This document shows, piece after piece, positions 58,674-64,000 of a DNA stretch of 64,000 bases. The notes beneath the pieces are model-generated. The model saw nothing but the letters and a program-made list of their open reading frames with translations, was not told the origin of the DNA and did no database searches. The stretch comes from Acidiferrobacterales bacterium (GTDB lineage: Bacteria > Pseudomonadota > Gammaproteobacteria > Acidiferrobacterales > DATGVQ01): assembly GCA_035300145.1 (NCBI GenBank), contig DATGVQ010000216.1:439-64438 (forward strand), in the 5' to 3' direction. Within the stretch, counting starts at the first letter, position 1, and the number at the start of each line of letters is the position of its first letter. The translations under genes and the position numbers were made by a program.

Positions 58674-58761
58674 GCCGCAACAGAGAACACGCAAAGTGCA
58701 GAAGGCTACTGCCCGGCGAGAAAGTTCACGGCCAAAAAATTATTTCTTCGCCCGGCCCGCG

Positions 58762-59580
58762 TTAGAAGAACGCCCCGTCAATAGGTGATGACGCAGAGGC
58801 ATAAGCCTTGCGCGGCATACGCCCGGCGAGAAACGCCTCGCGCCCGGCCTCGACCGCCTTTTTCATCGCCGACGCCATCAGCACCGGATTGCGTGCGGCG
58901 GCAATCGCGGTATTCATCAGTACGCCATCACAGCCCAATTCCATGGCGATCGCGGCATCCGAGGCGGTGCCGACACCGGCATCCACCAGAATCGGCACCT
59001 TGGCGTTCTCGATGATTAAATGGATATTGTAGGGGTTGCGGATACCGAGACCCGATCCGATCGGCGCGGCGAGCGGCATGACCGCGACACAACCCATTTC
59101 CTCCAGGCGTTTGGCGATGATTGGATCATCGGTGGTGTAAACCATCACCTTAAACCCTTCCCTAATTAATATTTCCGCCGCTTTGAGCGTCTCGGTGATA
59201 TCGGGAAACAAGGTTTTCTCATCGCCCAATACTTCCAGTTTGACCAGTTCATGCCCATCCAACAGCTCGCGCGCCAGACGGCAAGTACGCACTGCGTCCT
59301 CCGCCGTGTAACAGCCGGCGGTGTTAGGCAAAATGGTGTAACGCTTTGGCGATAGCACATCCAATAAATTCGGCTCAGCCGGGTGTTGGCCGATATTGGT
59401 GCGGCGGATCGCCACCGTCACAATTTGCGCGCCGCTGGCTTCGATGGCTAAACCGGTCTCCGCTAAATCCTTATATTTGCCGGTGCCGACCAGCAAGCGC
59501 GAACGATAGCTGGTTCCGGCAACCACCAGCGCATTATCGGATTCAATCCCGGAATGTATTTTTTCCGCCGGCGCACTCAT
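58762..59580 (-). CDS. thiG: thiazole synthase
   Basis: 272 aa. Contains [19 protein letters not shown] and [13 protein letters not shown]. Confidence 0.95.
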   Translation of the reverse strand: MSAPAEKIHSGIESDNALVVAGTSYRSRLLVGTGKYKDLAETGLAIEASGAQIVTVAIRRTNIGQHPAEPNLLDVLSPKRYTILPNTAGCYTAEDAVRTCRLARELLDGHELVKLEVLGDEKTLFPDITETLKAAEILIREGFKVMVYTTDDPIIAKRLEEMGCVAVMPLAAPIGSGLGIRNPYNIHLIIENAKVPILVDAGVGTASDAAIAMELGCDGVLMNTAIAAARNPVLMASAMKKAVEAGREAFLAGRMPRKAYASASSPIDGAFF

Positions 59581-59780
59581 TAACCCCCTCCTATCGCGTT
59601 GACTACTTCGACGCGATCCTGGTCCTGCAACTGATATTCGGCATGCCGGCTGCGCGGCACAATCTCACGGTTAACTTCCACTGCTACGCGTTTTTCCGCC
59701 AGCCCCATTTCCCGTAGCAGCCGGACGATGGTAACGGCGTGGTCCACGTGTTTCGGCTCTCCGTTTAGTAGAATGTTCAT
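59580..59780 (-). CDS. thiS: sulfur carrier protein ThiS
   Basis: 66 aa, ubiquitin-like, with C-terminal ...NAIGGG. 1-nt overlap with thiG. Confidence 0.9.
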   Translation of the reverse strand: MNILLNGEPKHVDHAVTIVRLLREMGLAEKRVAVEVNREIVPRSRHAEYQLQDQDRVEVVNAIGGG

Positions 59781-59820
59781 AGCGTTACCCTTAAATCACT
59801 GCTAAAACAAGCGATTAAAT

Positions 59821-59849
59821 AATTTTGATAACAAATTGTTATCAAAATT
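59821..59849. promoter_or_regulatory. perfect 14-bp-arm palindrome, candidate operator in the thiS / sugar dehydrogenase divergent region
   Basis: AATTTTGATAACAA-a-TTGTTATCAAAATT, 41 nt upstream of the thiS ATG. The binding factor is unknown. Confidence 0.3.
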
Positions 59850-60027
59850 AAACACAAATTGCTCTTAATTGCTAGGCCCCTTTGCCGCGCATCCCGGTTA
59901 AGCGGACTGACCCATTCCGCTGCAATCGTGCGCCGTGCTACATTAGCACGAGCAGGGCTGCGCCGACGACCGAGGTATCGGTGCAGGCTGACGAATTGTT
60001 AACCGGCTCATTCTGAAAGGGGGAGTT

Positions 60028-61305
60028 ATGTCTATTTCCATACTATCGACTCGAAGCGTGCGTGGCCGCGCTGTGGCTGCCTATCCGCTTGCGGCGTTGC
60101 TGCTCGCCGCCGGCGTTTCGTTGTTTACCTGGTCCGGCGCACACGCGCAGCAGCCGGCGCAACCGCAAGCGGCACCCCCGGCGATTCCGCCGACCTGGGC
60201 GCAGGGACGTTCGGCGGAGCAGGAGAGCTCTACGCTCGCACCGCATCCGCCGGGAATGACCGCCAAACCGGCCGCGGAAATCCCACTCGATAAGATCAAG
60301 CTGCCCAAAGGTTTTGAGATCAGCCTGTGGGCGGAAGGCGTGCCGAACGCGCGTTCGATGGCTGTAGGCAAAAAAGGCACGGTGTTCGTCGGCACGCGCT
60401 TCGTCGGCAACGTCTACGCGATCGTCGATAACGGCGGCAAGCGTGAAGTTAAGATCATCGCCAAGGGCCTGTATCGCCCGAACGGCGTGGTGTACAAGAA
60501 CGGCGCGCTCTACGTCGCCGAGCTGTCGCGCATCATCCGTTTCGACGACATCGAAGAGCGGCTCGACAACCCGCCGCAACCGGTCGTGGTATTCGACGCG
60601 CTGCCGAAGGACGAGCCGCATGGCTGGAAGTTCATGCGGCTCGGCCCCGACGGCTGGCTCTACTTCCAAATCGGCGCGCCGGGCAATATCGTCATGCCGC
60701 CGTACACCCATGCGCAGATTGCACGCGTCAATCCCGATAGCGGTATCATGGAAACCGTGACACGAGGCGTGCGCAACAGCGTCGGCATGGACTTTCACCC
60801 TGTGACCAAGGAGCTATGGTTCACCAACAATGGCCGCGATTGGGTCAGCGATGACCTGCCCAACGATACCCTGCACCACGTGACGCACAAGGGTATGAAT
60901 TTCGGGTATCCATTCTGTCATCAGGGCGACTTGCTCGATCCCGAGTTCGGCAAGGGCCGTTCGTGCAACGAGTTCGACCCGCCGGTGCTCAAGCTTGGCC
61001 CGCATGTCGCCGCACTCGGCATGCGCTTCTACACCGGCACGATGTTTCCGGCCGAATACAAGAACAATATCTTCATCGCCGAGCATGGCTCTTGGAATCG
61101 CACCAAGAAGACCGGCTATAACCTGAGCCGCGTCGTGCTCGACGATTCCGGCAAGGTCAAGAAGCTGGAGGCGTTCGCCGAGGGCTGGCTGCAGGGTGAT
61201 GCGTTCTGGGGCCGTCTCGCTGATGTGCAGGTGATGCCCGACGGGGCGTTGCTGGTATCGGATGACACCGCGGGGGCCATATACCGCATCGCCTATAAGC
61301 GCTGA
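60028..61305 (+). CDS. PQQ-dependent sugar (sorbosone/glucose-type) dehydrogenase, periplasmic beta-propeller
   Basis: 425 aa with a signal peptide. Repeated propeller-blade motifs (RPNGVVYKNGALYVAE, GPDGWLYFQIGAPGN, RNSVGMDFHPVTKELWFTNNGRD, GMNFGYPFCH) are typical of the family. GC-rich. Confidence 0.75.
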   Translation: MSISILSTRSVRGRAVAAYPLAALLLAAGVSLFTWSGAHAQQPAQPQAAPPAIPPTWAQGRSAEQESSTLAPHPPGMTAKPAAEIPLDKIKLPKGFEISLWAEGVPNARSMAVGKKGTVFVGTRFVGNVYAIVDNGGKREVKIIAKGLYRPNGVVYKNGALYVAELSRIIRFDDIEERLDNPPQPVVVFDALPKDEPHGWKFMRLGPDGWLYFQIGAPGNIVMPPYTHAQIARVNPDSGIMETVTRGVRNSVGMDFHPVTKELWFTNNGRDWVSDDLPNDTLHHVTHKGMNFGYPFCHQGDLLDPEFGKGRSCNEFDPPVLKLGPHVAALGMRFYTGTMFPAEYKNNIFIAEHGSWNRTKKTGYNLSRVVLDDSGKVKKLEAFAEGWLQGDAFWGRLADVQVMPDGALLVSDDTAGAIYRIAYKR

Positions 61306-61375
61306 CGATCGTCATAGTGAACCCCCCGCCGCGCAGCGCGGCGGGGGGGGTTGTCCGCATCGGGCGCGAATAACT

Positions 61376-61984
61376 ATGGCGAAACCAGTTACGCAAAGCC
61401 TCATCGGGCGCAGCATACTCGGCGTCGGGCTGGTGTGGGCGTCGTGCACGGCGACGGCGGCAGCCGCCGCAGATGCCGCGGCGGGCGAGCGTAAAGCGGA
61501 AATCTGCATCGCCTGTCACGGGGCCGGCGGCAATTCGCCCACGCCAACGGTGCCATCGCTCGCCGCCCAGCCGCCGCTTTATATCTATTACCAGTTGTTG
61601 CAGTTCCGCGAAAAGCGGCGCAGCGACCCGCAGATGACCCCATTCGCCGCGAACCTGAGCGACCGCGACATGCAGGACCTTGCCGCCTATTTCGCGCAGC
61701 AGCCGGCACCACCGCCGGCGCCGCAAACGGACGTGGAAAAAAGCGCGGCGGGCAAGAGTGCCGCGGACCGCAACCATTGCGGATCATGCCACCTGCCCAC
61801 TTATGCCGGGCAGAACCACATTCCGCGACTCGCCGGCCAGCAATACGATTATTTGCTCAAACAACTGCGCGGCTTCAAGACCGGCGCCCGGCCTGATATC
61901 GACGGCAACATGTCGAGTGCGGCACAGCCGCTGTCCGACGCGGACATTGAAAACCTGTCGCATTACCTTACCAGCTTCAAGTAA
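61376..61984 (+). CDS. diheme class I cytochrome c (c4-like)
   Basis: I trimmed the track ORF (61262) to ATG 61376. It has a signal peptide and two CxxCH motifs (CIACH, CGSCH), each followed by a distal Met region. Confidence 0.8.
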   Translation: MAKPVTQSLIGRSILGVGLVWASCTATAAAAADAAAGERKAEICIACHGAGGNSPTPTVPSLAAQPPLYIYYQLLQFREKRRSDPQMTPFAANLSDRDMQDLAAYFAQQPAPPPAPQTDVEKSAAGKSAADRNHCGSCHLPTYAGQNHIPRLAGQQYDYLLKQLRGFKTGARPDIDGNMSSAAQPLSDADIENLSHYLTSFK

Positions 61985-62143
61985 GTGCCGGCGCGGAATA
62001 CGCCTACTAGGTTGTTGAAAAAGTCCATCCGTGGCCGTTTTCAACACGCGTGGGAAAAACTCTGGAACGATCTTTATCTTAAAAGGGCAGGGTGTCAAAA
62101 GCAGGTGAAAGGCCAGCGAGGCGTTTTGAAACAGATAAGGCCG

Positions 62144-62176
62144 CTTCTTGCTTTTCTTCCCGCAAGAAGGTTTTTA
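62144..62176 (+). terminator. candidate rho-independent terminator downstream of the cytochrome c gene
   Basis: CTTCTTGC-ttttcttccc-GCAAGAAG followed by GTTTTTAA. Confidence 0.45.
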
Positions 62177-62222
62177 AGCTTCTAACAACCTGCTATATTG
62201 TTGCCGACACCAAAAACACTGC

Positions 62223-62296
62223 GCGGGTGTAGTTCAATGGTAGAACTTCAGCTTCCCAAGCTGATAACGTGGGTTCGATTCCCATCACCCGCTCCA
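62223..62296 (+). tRNA. glyU: tRNA-Gly (anticodon CCC)
   Basis: Cloverleaf read by hand. Acceptor GCGGGTG/CACCCGC, D arm GTTC-AATGGTA-GAAC, anticodon stem TCAGC/GCTGA with loop TTCCCAA, T arm with TTCGATT, and an encoded 3' CCA. Close to E. coli glyU. Confidence 0.95.
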
Positions 62297-62319
62297 CTTT
62301 TTCTCCAGGAGCATGGGGC

Positions 62320-64000
62320 TTGAAAAAAATTGGCAAGGTTTTAGTGATTTCCCTGGGCATCTTAGTTCTCGCCCTCATTGCCATAGCCATCGCCCTGCCG
62401 TTCCTGATCGACCCCAACAATTATAAAAATCAGATTATCCAAGCGGTAAAACAACAGACCGGGCGCGATCTCAAAATCGGCGGCAAAATCGGCTGGTCGG
62501 TCTTTCCTTGGCTCGGGGTCGAGATGCATCGATTGGAGCTCAGCAATGCGCCCGGGTTCGGCAACCAACCGTTTGCCCGGGTTGAAACCGCCGGGGTTAA
62601 AGTCAAACTGCTGCCTCTCTTAAAAAAAGACGTGGTGGTGGACAAAGTTTTGCTCACGGGCTTAAACCTGAACTTAGCTAAAGACCAGACCGGAAAAACC
62701 AATTGGGACGATCTCATGGCGAAAAGCCCGGCCGCCACTCCCGCGCCACGCGAAGGCGCCGGCGCGCCGGCCATCAATGCCGTAAGTGTAGGCGGCGTCG
62801 ATCTGCGCGCCGGGGAAATTAGCTGGAAAGATCAGACCAGCGGCGCCACCTACATTCTGCACAATGTGGAATTAAAATCCGGCGAACTCGTTCTGGCGAA
62901 ACCGATGGATATCAAGCTTGCCTTGGATCTGGAAAGCACGGCACCGGCATTCCGCACCCATGTAGATCTTAAAACACGCGTCGCGGTCGATGTAGATAAA
63001 CAAACTCTTGATGTTTCCGGTCTCGAATTGGCGGCGGCGGGGCTTAAGCTTAAGGCCGATGCAAAGGGCTCGCGCATCTCGTCGGCGCCGGCGTTCAGCG
63101 GCGATTTGGAGCTTGCGCCGTTCAGCCCGCGCGCCTTTCTGGAAAAACTAGGTCTCAAGCTCGACACCGCCGATAAAACCGCCCTCGGCCAGGCCACGCT
63201 TGCAACAAAGTTTGATGCTTCGGCGAAACATCTGCAACTTAAGAATTTTAACGCCAGCCTGGATGACAGCAAGCTGAATGGATCGTTGGAAATAGCGAAC
63301 TTCGCGCCACCTTCCTACCGGTTTGATCTAATGCTGGATAACTTTGATCTCGATCGTTATCTGCCGCCTGCCGCGCCGGCCAAAACGCCCCCCGGCCAAG
63401 GTGCGGGCAAACCGCAACCGGCCACTGCGCCGATTCCGCTGGATGCGATCCGCAAATTGAACGCCGAGGGCAGTTTCCGGATCGGCAAATTCAAGGCGTT
63501 CGGGGTCCGCTCGAGCGACGTGCTTATCAGTCTCGCGGCCAAGGACGGCGCAATAAAACTTAACCCGACGCAGGCCAAGCTCTACGGCGGCGCCCATAAG
63601 GGCACCGCGAGTTATGACGCACGTCAGTCTAACCCAAGCCTGAATATCGAAGAACAGTTGACAGGGGTGCAACTCGGGCCCCTTCTAAAAGATGCGGACA
63701 TATCTAACAGATTTAGTGGCATCGGCAATATCAGTGCAAAGCTCAACGGACGCGGAGGCGAAGTCAATAACATTAAAGCCTCGCTAAACGGCACAGCCGA
63801 ATTCCTTATTAAGGATGGCACCTATGTTGGTATCGATCTCAAAAAATTCGCCGATCAGGCTAAGCTCGTAAAAAAAGAAGATGCGCTGAATAGTTTAAAA
63901 AAGATTACCCCGCAAAAAACTGATCAAACCAAATTCTCACAGCTACGTGCAAGCACGCAAATCAAAAATGGATTCGCTTATAGCGATGATCTCGCGATAC
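62320..64000 (+). CDS. AsmA family outer-membrane biogenesis protein, 5' partial (runs off the window)
   Basis: This ORF is absent from the track because no stop falls in the window. I read the frame by hand with no stop from TTG 62320 (AGGA 10 nt upstream) to 64000. N-terminus LKKIGKVLVISLGILVLALIAIAIALPFLIDPNNYKNQI...GGKIGWSVFPWLGVEM is typical of AsmA. Confidence 0.8.
   Translation, partial: MKKIGKVLVISLGILVLALIAIAIALPFLIDPNNYKNQIIQAVKQQTGRDLKIGGKIGWSVFPWLGVEMHRLELSNAPGFGNQPFARVETAGVKVKLLPLLKKDVVVDKVLLTGLNLNLAKDQTGKTNWDDLMAKSPAATPAPREGAGAPAINAVSVGGVDLRAGEISWKDQTSGATYILHNVELKSGELVLAKPMDIKLALDLESTAPAFRTHVDLKTRVAVDVDKQTLDVSGLELAAAGLKLKADAKGSRISSAPAFSGDLELAPFSPRAFLEKLGLKLDTADKTALGQATLATKFDASAKHLQLKNFNASLDDSKLNGSLEIANFAPPSYRFDLMLDNFDLDRYLPPAAPAKTPPGQGAGKPQPATAPIPLDAIRKLNAEGSFRIGKFKAFGVRSSDVLISLAAKDGAIKLNPTQAKLYGGAHKGTASYDARQSNPSLNIEEQLTGVQLGPLLKDADISNRFSGIGNISAKLNGRGGEVNNIKASLNGTAEFLIKDGTYVGIDLKKFADQAKLVKKEDALNSLKKITPQKTDQTKFSQLRASTQIKNGFAYSDDLAI

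Noticed and set aside
59781-60000. Expected TPP (THI-box) riboswitch upstream of thiS
   Set aside because: I could not find the conserved CUGAGA and ACCUGAUCUGGAUAAUGCCAGCG-like cores on either strand by eye. It is not reported as a feature, and a covariance-model scan is needed to be sure.
60043-60798. 251-aa minus-strand ORF, and the 206-aa ORF at 61157-61777
   Set aside because: They are antisense to the PQQ dehydrogenase and cytochrome c genes, which have clear motifs (propeller repeats, CxxCH). This is the GC-rich artefact again.
60028-62296. tRNA-Gly-associated genomic island
   Set aside because: The GC-rich block lies 5' of the tRNA. I saw no integrase and no duplicated tRNA 3' end, so this is kept only as a compositional observation.

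Overview
This 64-kb window looks like chromosomal DNA from a Gammaproteobacterium. The evidence is synteny: gpmI-envC-ctpA divergent from yibN-grxC-secB-gpsA, plus ubiE-ubiJ-ubiB, pstSCAB-phoU, phoBR and thiSG. I cannot name the genus. The backbone is roughly half G+C by hand counts of a few lines. Several two- or three-gene blocks are visibly GC-richer, near two-thirds: 28.9-31.7 kb, 37.8-39.0 kb, 39.7-40.3 kb and 60.0-62.0 kb. These blocks also produce many long spurious antisense ORFs in the track. I support about 60 protein genes. They include a complete L-Ara4N lipid A modification (arn) operon with a split arnA, and a PPi-energy pair (pfp-hppA). There is a pst-phoU operon extended by two tandemly duplicated small outer-membrane beta-barrel genes, and a Mo/2Fe-2S oxidoreductase pair sitting between pstS and phoBR. 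There is also a NitT/TauT-type ABC transporter with an embedded tartrate/D-malate dehydrogenase, a PQQ sugar dehydrogenase with a diheme cytochrome c, tRNA-Gly(CCC), and a 5' partial asmA-family gene that is absent from the ORF track. I found no integrase, transposase, CRISPR, restriction, toxin-antitoxin or phage genes. The observations most worth a second look are: (1) a LemA + GIDE-like/EF-hand membrane pair bracketed by two ~280-nt arrays of consecutive perfect hairpins that share termini with a MITE-like repeat family; (2) an operon of a secreted hydrolase, a fused 14-TM/spermidine-synthase-like protein and a signal-peptide-bearing PCMT-like methyltransferase; (3) a Cache-HAMP sensor with no output domain next to a DUF4388-like protein; (4) adenylate kinase carrying an ~85-aa histone-H1-like Lys/Ala/Pro tail; (5) a tandem duplication that left a decayed phoU 3' fragment; (6) two gene relics, a 5'-truncated DUF72 gene and a DUF423 gene frameshifted in a T5 run. 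All functional calls come from motif and family recognition by eye. No database search was run.
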